From: Pseudonocardiales bacterium
GTDB taxonomy: Bacteria > Actinomycetota > Actinomycetes > Mycobacteriales > Jatrophihabitantaceae
Length of the DNA stretch: 56,062 nt
Assembly: GCA_030840445.1 (NCBI GenBank)
Contig: JAVEEN010000117.1
Span: 1 to 56,062, forward strand
Direction of reading: 5' to 3'
Both the position numbers and the translations under genes were made by a program. Below are positions 1 through 10,481 of this stretch, piece after piece. Each line of letters starts with the position of its first letter. Position 1 is the stretch's first letter. The notes below the pieces were generated by a model. It was not told the DNA's origin. It did no database searches and was given only the letters and a program-made list of their open reading frames with translations.

Positions 1-1
1 C

Positions 2-142
<141 letters not shown>

Positions 143-162
143 CGCCACGACCCGAGATAGGA

Positions 163-189
163 CTTCCGGCTGCATGACGCGGCCGGGAG
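163..189 (+). terminator. GC-rich hairpin after ilvC
   Basis: cttccggctgc-atgac-gcggccgggag, 11-bp stem with two G-U pairs; no U-tract. Confidence 0.45.
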
Positions 190-217
190 CCCTGCGATCG
201 CAGGAGAGGAACGATTG

Positions 218-1240
218 ATGAAGCTCGCGGTGGTACCCGGTGACGGCATCGGGGTAGAGGTCATCGAGCAGGCGGTCACAGTGCTCGACGCCGTCCTGCC
301 CGGTGTGGAAAAGACAAACTATGACCTGGGCGCCGGGCTGTGGCACCGGACGGGCGAAACCCTGCCGGATTCGGTGCTGGCAGAACTGCGCCAGCATGAC
401 GCCATCCTGCTCGGTGCGGTCGGCGATCCGACTGTGCCTTCCGGGGTGTTGGAACGCGGCCTGCTGTTGCGGTTGCGTTTCGAGCTCGATCATTACGTGA
501 ATCTGCGCCCGTCCAAGCTGTATCCGGGAGTGCCGACGCCCCTGGCCGGCAATCCCGAGATCGATTTCGTCGTCTACCGCGAGGGCACCGAGGGTCCCTA
601 CGCCGGTAATGGCGGGGTGTTGCGCAAGTTCACGCCGAACGAGATCGCCACCGAAGTCAGCGTGAACACCGCATTCGGTGTCGAACGGGTGGTCCGGGCG
701 GCGTTCGAAGGCGCACAGAAGCGACCTCGCAAGCACCTGACGCTGGTTCACAAGAACAACGTGTTGGTCAACGCAGGGGATCTGTGGTTCCGCACGGTCG
801 CCAAGGTGTCCGAGGAGTACCCGGAGATCACGGTGGCCTACCACCACGTCGATGCGTCGATGATCTACCTGGTCACCGACCCCGGCCGCTACGACGTGAT
901 CGTCACCGACAATCTGTTCGGCGACATCATCACCGACCTGGCCGGCGCGGTCGCCGGTGGCATCGGACTGGCTGCCAGCGGAAACGTCAATCCGACCCGG
1001 AGCAGCCCTTCGATGTTCGAGCCCGTGCACGGCTCGGCCCCGGACATCGCGGGCCAGGGCAAGGCGGATCCGACCGCGGCCATCCTGTCGGTGTCGATGC
1101 TGTTGGCTCACCTGGGCCACGACACTGAAGCGGCGAAGGTGCAGGCTGCTGTCGAGGCCGATATCGCCGGTCGCGACCAGGCCCATCCCGGGACCACCAC
1201 GGAGATCGGCGAGCGGATCGCGTCCGCTGCCGCCAACTGA
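218..1240 (+). CDS. leuB: 3-isopropylmalate dehydrogenase
   Basis: [30 protein letters not shown] motifs; SD aggagagga before ATG 218. Confidence 0.95.
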   Translation: MKLAVVPGDGIGVEVIEQAVTVLDAVLPGVEKTNYDLGAGLWHRTGETLPDSVLAELRQHDAILLGAVGDPTVPSGVLERGLLLRLRFELDHYVNLRPSKLYPGVPTPLAGNPEIDFVVYREGTEGPYAGNGGVLRKFTPNEIATEVSVNTAFGVERVVRAAFEGAQKRPRKHLTLVHKNNVLVNAGDLWFRTVAKVSEEYPEITVAYHHVDASMIYLVTDPGRYDVIVTDNLFGDIITDLAGAVAGGIGLAASGNVNPTRSSPSMFEPVHGSAPDIAGQGKADPTAAILSVSMLLAHLGHDTEAAKVQAAVEADIAGRDQAHPGTTTEIGERIASAAAN

Positions 1241-1247
1241 CCGCCTC

Positions 1248-1281
1248 AGCTCTGGCGGCGCCCAACGGCGCCGCCAGAGTT
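1248..1281 (+). terminator. hairpin between leuB and cimA
   Basis: agctctggcggcgc-ccaacg-gcgccgccagagtt inverted repeat. Confidence 0.55.
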
Positions 1282-1300
1282 CTCCGATCCGAGGAATCCC

Positions 1301-2878
1301 ATGCTCACCGACGACTTCCACGTATTCGACACCACGCTGCGAGACGGCGCCCAGCGCGAGGGCATCAGCTACTCGGTGGCCGACAAGCTTGCCGTGGCCC
1401 GGCTGCTCGACACGGTCGGCGTCGGGTTCATCGAGGGCGGCTGGCCCGGCGCTGTCCCCAAGGACACCGAATTCTTCAACCGCGCCGCCGATGGTGAGCT
1501 GACCCTGCAACACGCGACGCTGGTCGCGTTCGGGGCCACCCGCAAGGCCGGGGTGCGAGTCTCCGACGATGCCCAGGTCAAGGCGTTGCTGGACAGCCGC
1601 GCGCCGGTGATCACCTTGGTGGCCAAGTCCGACGTGTGGCACGTCGAGCGAGCGTTGCGGACCACGCTCGAGGAGAACCTGGCGATGGTGGCGGACACCG
1701 TGGGCTTTCTGCGTGCGGCCGGGCGCCGGGTGTTCGTCGATTGCGAGCACTTCTTCGACGGCTACAAACACGATCGCGACTATGGCGTCAGGGTGCTCGA
1801 TGCCGCGCTCGAAGCCGGAGCAGACGTCGGGGTGTTGTGCGACACCAACGGCGGCATGTTGCCGATGGGCATTGGCGCGACCGTGTCCGCGGTGATGAGC
1901 CGTACCGGGATCCGGCTCGGTATCCATACCCAGGACGACACCGGCTGTGCCGTGGCCAACACCTTGGCGGCGGTCGACGCCGGCGTCACTCACGTTCAGG
2001 GCACCGCCAACGGGTACGGCGAGCGGGCAGGCAATGCGAACATCTTCTCGGTCATCGGCGGTCTGGTGTTCAAGATGGGCCTCGACGTACTGCCGCCCGG
2101 CACCATCGGCGAGAGCGTGCGGGTGGCGCACGCCGTTGCCGAGATCGCAAATCTGGCTCCGGACACCCATGCGCCGTACGTAGGCAGTTCCGCCTTCGCA
2201 CACAAAGCAGGCTTGCACGCCTCAGCCATCAAGATGGGAGCTGAGCTGTACAACCACATGGAGCCGGCCGACGTCGGGAACAGTCAGAAGATTCTCATCA
2301 CCGAGATGGCCGGTCGGGCTTCGGTCGAGCTGAAGTCGACCGAGCTCGGTCTCGATGTCAGCGACCGGCCCGAGGTCGTCGGTGCAGTGGTCGAGAAGGT
2401 CAAGGATCGGGAGGCGTCCGGATGGTCCTACGAGGCCGCCGACGCCTCGTTCGAACTGCTGGTCCGCGACGAACTCGAGGGCGATGCGGCCGTGCTGCCC
2501 TTTGGGCTGGAGTCCTACCGCACCATCGTCGATCGGCGCGAGGACGGGGTGGTCATCACCGAGGCCACCGTGAAGGTGCATGCCGACGGCCGTCGGGTGA
2601 TCTGCACCGCAGAGGGCAACGGTCCCGTCAACGCCCTGGACCGCGCCCTCCGGCAGGCTCTGGAGGAGGCGTACCCGCGGCTGTCCGTCCTCGAGCTGAC
2701 CGACTACAAGGTCCGGATCCTGCCGGGCAGGCATGGCACGGATGCCACCACGCGGGTGCTCATCGAAACCTCGGACAAGACCCGGGAGTGGACCACGGTC
2801 GGAGTGCACCCGAACATCATCGAGGCTTCCTGGCTGGCTCTGGCCGACGCGGTTCGCTACGGACTACTGAAGAGCTGA
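1301..2878 (+). CDS. cimA: citramalate synthase (DRE-TIM family with LeuA-type regulatory domain)
   Basis: DTTLRDGAQREG, DCEHFFDG, CDTNGG, AFAHKAGLH, GNGPVNALD, DYKVRIL motifs. Confidence 0.9.
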   Translation: MLTDDFHVFDTTLRDGAQREGISYSVADKLAVARLLDTVGVGFIEGGWPGAVPKDTEFFNRAADGELTLQHATLVAFGATRKAGVRVSDDAQVKALLDSRAPVITLVAKSDVWHVERALRTTLEENLAMVADTVGFLRAAGRRVFVDCEHFFDGYKHDRDYGVRVLDAALEAGADVGVLCDTNGGMLPMGIGATVSAVMSRTGIRLGIHTQDDTGCAVANTLAAVDAGVTHVQGTANGYGERAGNANIFSVIGGLVFKMGLDVLPPGTIGESVRVAHAVAEIANLAPDTHAPYVGSSAFAHKAGLHASAIKMGAELYNHMEPADVGNSQKILITEMAGRASVELKSTELGLDVSDRPEVVGAVVEKVKDREASGWSYEAADASFELLVRDELEGDAAVLPFGLESYRTIVDRREDGVVITEATVKVHADGRRVICTAEGNGPVNALDRALRQALEEAYPRLSVLELTDYKVRILPGRHGTDATTRVLIETSDKTREWTTVGVHPNIIEASWLALADAVRYGLLKS

Positions 2879-2880
2879 CC

Positions 2881-2979
2881 GCCACCACCAGGCCGAGTTA
2901 CGCGTAACCGCGCCAGGTACTCGATGCCTGGCGTAACTGGTGGCGTTATACGTAACTCAGCGGGGTAGGTAACTCAGCG
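2881..2979. repeat. nested inverted-repeat (REP/MITE-like) element
   Basis: gagttacgcgtaac(2895-2908)/gttatacgtaactc(2945-2958); inner cgccagg/cctggcg; direct repeat gtaactcagcg x2. Confidence 0.6.
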
Positions 2980-2981
2980 AT

Positions 2982-3326
2982 TTAATGCCGTAGCGCCTTC
3001 ACTGCGCAATCGTCCACTCCGCAGGCACCGCTGACGCACTCGCCTCCACAAGGGGCGTAGCCCAGCGCGGAAGCCGTGAGCGCGGCATCGAGCTCGGCCT
3101 CGTCCTGCACGGCCTCGTCCTGGGCGGCGGATCGCCGAAGGCCGATCACCACGCCGATCAACAGCACTGCGATGGCCAGCACGATCAGTCCGACGATCTT
3201 CCAGGCCAACGGCGACGACACCAGGATCGGAGTAAGCCCTGCCAGCACCAGCACCGCGCCGGGCGGCGTCAGGTGGCGGGCCATCCGTCGTCGCTTCGCG
3301 GGGGACACCTGGCGCAGCTCGTTCAC
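2982..3326 (-). CDS. small membrane protein, 2 TM segments, Cys-rich C-terminus
   Basis: GTG 3326; two hydrophobic stretches then ...CGGECVSGACGVDDCAVKALRH; fills the gap between cimA and FAH. Confidence 0.7.
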   Translation of the reverse strand: MNELRQVSPAKRRRMARHLTPPGAVLVLAGLTPILVSSPLAWKIVGLIVLAIAVLLIGVVIGLRRSAAQDEAVQDEAELDAALTASALGYAPCGGECVSGACGVDDCAVKALRH

Positions 3327-3380
3327 CGATTCAGTATCCGCCAGGACGGTCGTAAGTCGGGCACCGGTAGCCTGAGCTGC

Positions 3381-4163
3381 GTGCGCATAGCGAGATTCGT
3401 CCATCCTGGTGGCATTGCGTGGGGCGTTGTCGAAGGACACGCCGACGCCCGGTTCGAGGCGCTTACGATCGCCGCCATCAAGGACCATCCAATGGGTCCG
3501 ATCGAGTTCACCGGTGCGCGCTTCGCCATCGGTGACGTCCGGTTGCTGGCCCCGATCCTGCCGAGCAAGGTGATCGCGGTCGGCAGGAACTACGCCGCCC
3601 ACGCCGCCGAGATGGGCAATGAGGTTCCCGAGCGGCCGCTGATCTTCCTCAAGCCGTCCACCTCGGTGATCGGAACGCATGACGTCATCCGGCTGCCGGT
3701 CGACTCCGATCAGGTGGAGCACGAGGCCGAGCTCGCTCTGGTGATCGGCAAGGTCGCCAAGGACGTGCCGCGGGAGAAGGCCCAGGAGGTGATCCTCGGT
3801 TACACCTGCGCCAACGATGTCACCGCCCGGGACCAGCAGCGGGCCGATGGCCAGTTCACCCGCGCCAAGGGACATGATTCGTTCTGCCCGATTGGGCCCT
3901 GGATAGAGACCACCTTCGACCCGAGTTCGGTCCGGGTGCGCGCGCTGGTCAACGGCGAAACCAGGCAGGATGGCAACACCCGGGACATGGTCTTCGACAT
4001 TGCGACCCTAGTGTCGTTCATGTCCCACGTCATGACCTTGGTGCCCGGCGATGTCATCCTGACCGGGACGCCGGACGGTGTGGGACGCATCGTGAACGGC
4101 GATACGGTCACCGTCTCGATCGACGGAATCGGTGAGCTGGTCAACCCGGTGAAACGAAAATGA
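3381..4163 (+). CDS. fumarylacetoacetate hydrolase family protein
   Basis: MRIARF start, [40 protein letters not shown]; usual position before gltX. Confidence 0.9.
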   Translation: MRIARFVHPGGIAWGVVEGHADARFEALTIAAIKDHPMGPIEFTGARFAIGDVRLLAPILPSKVIAVGRNYAAHAAEMGNEVPERPLIFLKPSTSVIGTHDVIRLPVDSDQVEHEAELALVIGKVAKDVPREKAQEVILGYTCANDVTARDQQRADGQFTRAKGHDSFCPIGPWIETTFDPSSVRVRALVNGETRQDGNTRDMVFDIATLVSFMSHVMTLVPGDVILTGTPDGVGRIVNGDTVTVSIDGIGELVNPVKRK

Positions 4164-5659
4164 CGTCCCCGGCCGCGGTGGTCCCGACGACAGGCCGCGA
4201 TATCCGGGTACGGTTCTGCCCGTCCCCGACGGGTAATCCGCATGTCGGACTCGTTCGGACCTGCTTGTTCAATTGGGCTTACGCCCGCCACGTCGGCGGC
4301 ACCTTCGTGTTCCGCATCGAGGACACCGATGCTGCGCGGGACTCCCAGGAGTCCTACGAGCAACTGCTCGATGCGCTGCGGTGGCTCGGTCTGGACTGGG
4401 ACGAGGGTCCCGAGGTCGGCGGCCCGTACGCGCCTTACCGGCAGAGCGAGCGGCACGACATCTACGCCGACGTGGTGCGCCGGCTCCTCGAGGCCGGACA
4501 TCTTTACGAATCGTTCTCGACCGCGGAGGAGTCCAAGGCCCGGCATCTGGCCGCGGGCCGTGACCCGCAACTGGGCTACGACAACTTCGACCGCGACCTG
4601 ACCGACGCTCGGCGGGCCGCGTTCCGGGCCGAGGGCCGCGAGCCCGTATTGCGGCTGCGGATGCCCGACGGTGACCTGGGCTGGACTGACCTGGTCCGCG
4701 GTGAGGTCAGCTTCCCGGCCGGCAGCGTGCCCGATTTCGTGGTGGTACGCGCCAACGGAACACCCTTGTACACGCTGGTTAATCCGGTTGACGATGCGAT
4801 GATGCGGATCACTCATGTACTGCGCGGCGAGGATCTACTGCCGTCCACTCCGCGCCAGATCGCGCTGTACCGGGCGCTCGTGGACATCGGTGTGGCCGAG
4901 GCGGTGCCGCTGTTCGGCCATCTGCCCTACGTCATGGGTGAAGGCAACAAAAAGCTGTCCAAGCGCGATCCGCAGGCGTCCCTGAACACTTATCGTGATG
5001 CCGGTTACATTCCGGAAGGTCTGATCAACTACCTCGCCCTGTTGGGCTGGTCGATCGCCGACGATCACGACATCTTCTCGCTAAGCGAGATGGTGACGGC
5101 GTTCGATGTCGCCGACGTCAACGCCAACCCGGCAAGGTTCGACGGCAAGAAGGCCGAGGCCATCAATGCAACCCACATCCGGCTGCTCCCACCGGATGAT
5201 TTCGCCGCACGGTTGCAGGTGTTCCTCATGAAGGCCGGTCTGATCGGGGCTCAACCCACGCAGGCGCAAGTGCAACTGGCGGACGCCGCGGCACCCCTGG
5301 TCCAGGAGCGGGTGAAGACCCTGGCCGAGGGTGCGGATATGTTGCGATTCCTGTTTGTCGGGGACAGCGACTTCGTCGTCGATGAGTCCTCGGCAGCCAA
5401 ACACCTCGGTGAGGCCGGACAGGCCGTGCTGGCGGCGTCGCTGCCCGCTCTGGAATCGCTGGACCAATGGCGCGCGGCCGATATCGAGGCGGCTCTGCAC
5501 GCCCTGCTGATCGACGGGCTCGAGTTGAAACCCCGCATGGCGTTCGGCGCGCTGCGGGTGGCGATCACCGGGCGTCAGGTCTCGCCGCCCCTGTTCGAGT
5601 CCATCGAACTGCTCGGACGCGAGGTGACGCTCGGCCGGTTGCGCGGGGCGCTGCGCTGA
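4160..5659 (+). CDS. gltX: glutamate--tRNA ligase
   Basis: [12 protein letters not shown] (HIGH-like), RIEDTD, KLSKR (KMSKS-like), SPPLFES. Confidence 0.97.
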   Translation: MTSPAAVVPTTGRDIRVRFCPSPTGNPHVGLVRTCLFNWAYARHVGGTFVFRIEDTDAARDSQESYEQLLDALRWLGLDWDEGPEVGGPYAPYRQSERHDIYADVVRRLLEAGHLYESFSTAEESKARHLAAGRDPQLGYDNFDRDLTDARRAAFRAEGREPVLRLRMPDGDLGWTDLVRGEVSFPAGSVPDFVVVRANGTPLYTLVNPVDDAMMRITHVLRGEDLLPSTPRQIALYRALVDIGVAEAVPLFGHLPYVMGEGNKKLSKRDPQASLNTYRDAGYIPEGLINYLALLGWSIADDHDIFSLSEMVTAFDVADVNANPARFDGKKAEAINATHIRLLPPDDFAARLQVFLMKAGLIGAQPTQAQVQLADAAAPLVQERVKTLAEGADMLRFLFVGDSDFVVDESSAAKHLGEAGQAVLAASLPALESLDQWRAADIEAALHALLIDGLELKPRMAFGALRVAITGRQVSPPLFESIELLGREVTLGRLRGALR

Positions 5660-5669
5660 GCCCGGACGC

Positions 5670-5726
5670 GCTGAGGCGAGGACAGCGCTGAGGCGAGGAC
5701 GGCCCTGAGGCGAGAACGCCGCTGAG
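5670..5726. repeat. 17-bp tandem repeat, about 3.3 copies
   Basis: gctgaggcgaggacagc / gctgaggcgaggacggc / cctgaggcgagaacgcc / gctgag. Confidence 0.85.
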
Positions 5727-5843
5727 CCCTCTTTGCGAGGCTTCGGAAGCCGGTTTCTCCGCGGCGGGCCGATTTCAGATCGAGCGCGCGTGTCCGGTAG
5801 AGTAACCGTTCGGCTCGGTCGGCACTCCAAGGCCGGGTAGCAA

Positions 5844-5915
5844 TGGGGTATGGGGTAATTGGCAGCCCAACTGATTCTGATTCAGTTAGTCTAGGTTCGA
5901 GTCCTGGTACCCCAG
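5844..5915 (+). tRNA. tRNA-Gln(CTG)
   Basis: Acceptor TGGGGTA/TACCCCA, anticodon arm ACTGA-TTCTGAT-TCAGT, T-loop TTCGAGT; CCA not encoded; -10-like TAGAGT at 5798-5803. Confidence 0.95.
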
Positions 5916-5973
5916 CGCAGTATGGTTCGTTCGCAATATCGGTTTGCCGTTCTTGTCCGACTGCTTTACCTAG

Positions 5974-6049
5974 GGCCCCGTCGTCTAGCGGCCTAGGACG
6001 CCGCCCTCTCACGGCGGTAGCGAGGGTTCGAATCCCTTCGGGGCTACCA
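5974..6049 (+). tRNA. tRNA-Glu(CTC)
   Basis: Acceptor GGCCCCG/CGGGGCT, anticodon arm CCGCC-CTCTCAC-GGCGG, TTCGAAT, encoded CCA. Confidence 0.95.
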
Positions 6050-6055
6050 AGCGGG

Positions 6056-6081
6056 CGCTCCCCGAGATATCTCGGGGAGCG
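6056..6081 (+). terminator. perfect 26-bp palindrome after the tRNA pair
   Basis: cgctccccgagat|atctcggggagcg. Confidence 0.7.
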
Positions 6082-6233
6082 GCCGTCCCGCGATCATTTC
6101 TTTCCACCACACACCGCCCGTGCCATGGTGGATCCGCACAAGTGCGCGTCGAGAAGGCGATCAGCGAGTTGATTCCGTCCGTCGGGCCAGACATGAGTGC
6201 CCAACGTCGGCCGGTGCCGCGGAAGGATGGGTG

Positions 6234-8270
6234 ATGGATTCGCTTCACCGCCGATCTGCCGACGCTGACCAAGCCCTCCCCCCTGAGGCGAAGGTCGAAG
6301 ACTCCATGGTCCTCGAGCGCGCTCTGCGTGCCACGGGGATCTTTGTCGCGGAGGTGCGACTGCGCGGCAGCGGCGTCGAGGCGACCGTCCCCAGCCTGGC
6401 TGCCGAGGCCGGCTTCGACTGGCCCGGGCGCTCCTACGACGCGATCATGTTCTGGTCGGCCATCGCCACTCGGATCGCCTGGAGTGCTCCCACCGACGTC
6501 GACACACATTTTCAGGTGCTGCTGTCGCGCCAGGCGCTGAGTGTGCGGCTGGTTCGGGCGGCACCCGACCGGTGGGTGGCCGTCTGGCAGGTGTACGAGA
6601 ACGAGTTCACGGACGGTTCGACCAGCTATTCGGGCGCCCATTCCACCCCACATCGTCTCGCTTCGGTGCTCACCGACGAGGTCGGCCGGATCGCCTGGTG
6701 GAACGAGCAGTTCCCGCTGTTCGTCGGACACAGCGAGACGCAGCGGGGGAGCCGGATACAAGCGGCCCTGCCGAGTGACATGGGTCCGTCGATCGCCGAA
6801 CTGCTCAAGGCAGCGCTGGACGGCGAGATCATCGATCAACTGGTCGCGACGGTTCAGCCGGAGCCGAGATGGTTTCGGGTGCATGCGAACCGGGTGGCCG
6901 GTGCTGACTCCGTGCATGGGGATGCCGACCTGGTGGTCTTCCATTTCGAGGAGATAACCGGATCGGACATCGATCGCGGGGGCCTGGTCGACGAGATCGT
7001 CCGGGATCCATTGACCGGCCTGTACAACCGTCGTGCGCTGTTGGACATCGCCGATCTGGACGACCCGATGGGATCGCCGTTCACCTCGGTGCTGCTGGCC
7101 GATGTTCGCCGCTTCAAGAGCATCAACGACTTATGGGGCCAGGAGGGCGGCGATCAATGTCTGATCGCCGTGGCCCGGTGGCTGCGGTCGGTGGCATTGC
7201 CATCCGACGTCGTCGTTCGACTGTCAAGTAACGAGTTCCTCGTGCTGTGTGTGGCCGGCTCATCGGTGCCGCACGCGGTCCAGACGATAGGCGACCTCGA
7301 AGTCCCTTTCGGCGACGACCGGATCGCGATCACGCTGCAAGCCGGATGGGACGAGCGGGCACCGGGTCAGCGACTGATGGCGGTGGCCGAGCATGCTGAA
7401 CGCGCGCTGGTCGCGGTCAAGCGGTCGTCCTGGCGCACCGTCATGCGCTGGACGCCGGAGATCTCTCGGATCGCGAGTGAGCGCGTGGAGGAGGAGGAGC
7501 GGGTCCGACTCGCGGTCGGGGCCGGTGAAATAGACGTGCATTTCCAACCACTGGTCGACGTGGAGCAGCGGGTGGTACATGGAGCCGAAGCCCTGGTCCG
7601 CCTCGGTGGCGCCGGAGCTGGGTTGGACGCCGAGCGCATCATCGACGCCACCCACGAACTCGGCTTGACCGCCAAGCTGTCAAGAATGTTCTGCCGCCAG
7701 GCGTTTGCCGATGGCCGCCGGCTACGGAAGGTCTTCGACGGAGGCTCCATCGGCATCAACATCTCCAGAGAATTCATGGGCACGGGGCTGGCCATCGGAA
7801 CCGTCGCGGACGCCGCCGCGGAGGCCGGCCTCTCGCCGGCGGACATCGTTCTCGAGCTCACCGAGGAGGTGGCGGTCGGGGTCTCCTCTGCGGTGCTGAT
7901 GGCAGAACTTCGGCGAGGAGCGGAGCTGGGTCTGTCGATCGCCATCGATGACTTCGGTCGCGGTGAGACCGCGCTGTCGATGCTGCGTTCGCTGCCGTTG
8001 ACCGCCATCAAACTCGATCGGTCCCTGTTGCCCTCCGACGGCGACAGCGAGGGTTGGGAATTCGTGGCCGGCACGGCATCGCTGCTTCGCACTCTCGCGC
8101 CGCAACTGGTGGCCGAGGGAGTGGAAACCGTGACCCAGTCCCGAAGGTTGCTCGACCTCGGCATCGTGCTTCAGCAGGGTCATCTGTTCGGCCGCGCCAT
8201 GCCAACTGGTTACTGGCTCGAGCATCGTCCGGTGATACCCCTGGCGAGCTCAGGTCAGCGACGTCTGTAG
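6234..8270 (+). CDS. PAS-like / degenerate GGDEF / EAL protein (probable c-di-GMP phosphodiesterase)
   Basis: DPLTGLYNRR, FKSIND, RLSSNEF in place of RxGGDEF; EALVR, ELTE, DDFG, IKLDRS, AEGVET; SD ggaagga; start uncertain. Confidence 0.85.
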   Translation: MDSLHRRSADADQALPPEAKVEDSMVLERALRATGIFVAEVRLRGSGVEATVPSLAAEAGFDWPGRSYDAIMFWSAIATRIAWSAPTDVDTHFQVLLSRQALSVRLVRAAPDRWVAVWQVYENEFTDGSTSYSGAHSTPHRLASVLTDEVGRIAWWNEQFPLFVGHSETQRGSRIQAALPSDMGPSIAELLKAALDGEIIDQLVATVQPEPRWFRVHANRVAGADSVHGDADLVVFHFEEITGSDIDRGGLVDEIVRDPLTGLYNRRALLDIADLDDPMGSPFTSVLLADVRRFKSINDLWGQEGGDQCLIAVARWLRSVALPSDVVVRLSSNEFLVLCVAGSSVPHAVQTIGDLEVPFGDDRIAITLQAGWDERAPGQRLMAVAEHAERALVAVKRSSWRTVMRWTPEISRIASERVEEEERVRLAVGAGEIDVHFQPLVDVEQRVVHGAEALVRLGGAGAGLDAERIIDATHELGLTAKLSRMFCRQAFADGRRLRKVFDGGSIGINISREFMGTGLAIGTVADAAAEAGLSPADIVLELTEEVAVGVSSAVLMAELRRGAELGLSIAIDDFGRGETALSMLRSLPLTAIKLDRSLLPSDGDSEGWEFVAGTASLLRTLAPQLVAEGVETVTQSRRLLDLGIVLQQGHLFGRAMPTGYWLEHRPVIPLASSGQRRL

Positions 8271-8954
8271 CCGTTGAGCGGCCGTGGTCAGGACCGGGGC
8301 GAAGCGTTGGCCGGGGGATCGGCCGAGCCGCTCGATCGGGCCGGAGATCGACACCGCGGCCACCACCCGTCGTCCCGGGCCGTACACCGGCGCCGAGACC
8401 GAAGCAACGCCGGCTTCCCGCTGCCCGATCGACTGGGCCCAGCCTCGGCGGCGGACCTCCGCGAGCGACCGCTCGGTGAACTCGGCGTGCTGAAGCATGG
8501 TGGCGATCGTCTCGGGTGATTCCCACGCGCACAGCACCTGAGCGCCGGAGCCGGCGGTGAGCGGCAACCGTGCCCCCAGGGGAACCGTGGTTCGCAGGCC
8601 GGTGGCGCGCTCGGCCGCAGCGACGCAGACTCGGTCCCGGCCGTCACGCCGGTACAACTGAGCGCTTTCACCGGATACATCACGAACCCAGGTCAGCACG
8701 TCCACGGCACGCTCGAGTAGCGGGTCGGTCGCGGTGGCGGCGAGCTCGCCCAGCCGCGGTCCCGGCACGAAGCGACCGTCGGCGTCGCGTACCAACAGCC
8801 GGTGGACCTCCAGCGCAACGGCCAGCCGATGGGCCGTCGCTCGCGGGATGCCCGTTCGCTGGACGAGATCCGATAGTGCGGCCGGACCCTGACCGGCCGC
8901 CACCAGAATGGCGATGGTCTTGTCCACGACGCCGATCCCGCTATGCTGTCCCAT
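8250..8954 (-). CDS. IclR-family regulator divergent from leuC (NdgR/LtbR-like)
   Basis: SGIGVVDK N-terminus, HTH PRATAHRLAVALE, AGSGAQVL, SVSAPV, SISGPIERL; conserved position. Confidence 0.92.
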   Translation of the reverse strand: MGQHSGIGVVDKTIAILVAAGQGPAALSDLVQRTGIPRATAHRLAVALEVHRLLVRDADGRFVPGPRLGELAATATDPLLERAVDVLTWVRDVSGESAQLYRRDGRDRVCVAAAERATGLRTTVPLGARLPLTAGSGAQVLCAWESPETIATMLQHAEFTERSLAEVRRRGWAQSIGQREAGVASVSAPVYGPGRRVVAAVSISGPIERLGRSPGQRFAPVLTTAAQRLQTSLT

Positions 8955-8959
8955 AAGCC

Positions 8960-8984
8960 GATACTAGTATCTCAGATAATGAGA
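8960..8984. promoter_or_regulatory. probable IclR operator over the divergent promoters
   Basis: TCTCA-gataa-TGAGA (8970-8984) containing -10-like GATAAT; palindrome gatactagtatc (8960-8971) containing minus-strand -10 TAGTAT. Confidence 0.65.
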
Positions 8985-9070
8985 AAGCTAGACCGAGCTG
9001 CTGAGATGATCGGCCGGCGTAGGAAAGTCCGGATACCGGCCCGAGCCGCAGTGACGCGGGAGGAGTGCAG

Positions 9071-10468
9071 ATGGGTAAGACCTTGGCCGAGAAGTTGTGG
9101 GACAGCCACGTGGTGCGAAGCGCCGCCGGTGAGCCGGACCTGTTGTACATCGACATGCACCTGGTCCACGAGGTGACGAGTCCGCAGGCCTTCGAAGGCC
9201 TGCGGCTGGCGGGCCGCGGGGTCCGGCGACCCGACCTCACATTGGCAACCGAGGACCACAACGTTCCTACCCAGGACATCTTTGCCCCGATCGCGGACCT
9301 GGTCAGCCGCACGCAGGTAGATACCTTGAGACGCAATTGCGCCGACTTCGGGGTCACGCTGTACCCGATGGGTGACAAGGAACAAGGCATCGTGCACGTC
9401 ATCGGTCCGCAGTTGGGAATCACCCAGCCCGGCATGACACTGGTCTGCGGTGATTCGCACACCTCAACGCACGGAGCCTTCGGCGCTCTCGCCTTCGGCA
9501 TCGGCACGAGCCAGGTCGAGCACGTTCTCGCCACCCAGACCCTGCCGATGGATCGACCGAAGACCATGGCGGTCACGGTGAACGGTGACCTCCCACCTGG
9601 TGTCACCCCCAAGGACGTGATCCTGGCTGTGATCGCTCAAGTCGGCACCGGTGGTGGCCAGGGCTACATGGTCGAATACCGAGGCGACACCTTCGAATCG
9701 ATGACCATGGAAGGCCGTATGACGGTCTGCAACATGAGCATCGAATGGGGCGCCCGGGCCGGCATGATCGCGCCGGACGACACGACGTTCGCCTACCTCA
9801 AGGGTCGCCCGCATGCTCCGGCCGGAGACGATTGGGAGGCGGCCGTGTCGTACTGGAAGACGCTGGTCACTGATCCCGACGCCGAATTCGACGCCGAGGT
9901 CGTGCTCGATGCCGCGGCAATCACCCCGTTCGTGACCTGGGGAACGAACCCGGGCCAGGGTGCACCGCTGTCGTCATCGGTGCCGGATCCGGCCGACTTC
10001 GCTGAAGAATCCGACCAGGTCGCAGCGCGCAAAGCACTGACCTACATGGGACTGCAGCCTGGCACGCCGCTGCGCGATATCAAGGTCGACACGGTGTTCG
10101 TTGGGTCATGCACGAACGGACGGATCGAAGATCTCCGTGCCAGCGCTGCTGTCCTGGACGGACGCAAGGTCGCCGACGGAGTCCGGATGCTCGTCGTTCC
10201 CGGATCGATGAAGGTGAAGGCGCAGGCGGAATCCGAAGGCCTGGACGCCATCTTCACGGCCGCCGGGGCGGAATGGCGACAGGCCGGTTGCTCGATGTGT
10301 CTCGGGATGAACCCGGATCAGCTGGCACCTGGTGAGCGCAGTGCCTCCACGTCCAACCGTAACTTCGAGGGTCGTCAGGGCAAGGGTGGACGCACGCATC
10401 TGGTTTCACCGCTGGTCGCCGCGGCGACCGCCATCACCGGCCATCTCGCCAGCCCGGCCGACCTGTAA
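9071..10468 (+). CDS. leuC: 3-isopropylmalate dehydratase large subunit
   Basis: [43 protein letters not shown]. Confidence 0.97.
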   Translation: MGKTLAEKLWDSHVVRSAAGEPDLLYIDMHLVHEVTSPQAFEGLRLAGRGVRRPDLTLATEDHNVPTQDIFAPIADLVSRTQVDTLRRNCADFGVTLYPMGDKEQGIVHVIGPQLGITQPGMTLVCGDSHTSTHGAFGALAFGIGTSQVEHVLATQTLPMDRPKTMAVTVNGDLPPGVTPKDVILAVIAQVGTGGGQGYMVEYRGDTFESMTMEGRMTVCNMSIEWGARAGMIAPDDTTFAYLKGRPHAPAGDDWEAAVSYWKTLVTDPDAEFDAEVVLDAAAITPFVTWGTNPGQGAPLSSSVPDPADFAEESDQVAARKALTYMGLQPGTPLRDIKVDTVFVGSCTNGRIEDLRASAAVLDGRKVADGVRMLVVPGSMKVKAQAESEGLDAIFTAAGAEWRQAGCSMCLGMNPDQLAPGERSASTSNRNFEGRQGKGGRTHLVSPLVAAATAITGHLASPADL

Positions 10469-10481
10469 GGAGATCAGTTTC

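Noticed and set aside
1241-1300. Leader-peptide attenuator for cimA
   Set aside because: Only 60 bp with a hairpin; no Ile- or Leu-rich leader ORF
5670-5726. Possible mini-CRISPR (also considered for the other arrays)
   Set aside because: Units are directly adjacent with no unique spacers, and there are no cas genes
5575-6172. ORFs across the tRNA region
   Set aside because: They overlap two clear tRNA genes
5974-8270. Integrative element at tRNA-Glu
   Set aside because: No integrase and no duplicated tRNA 3' end seen
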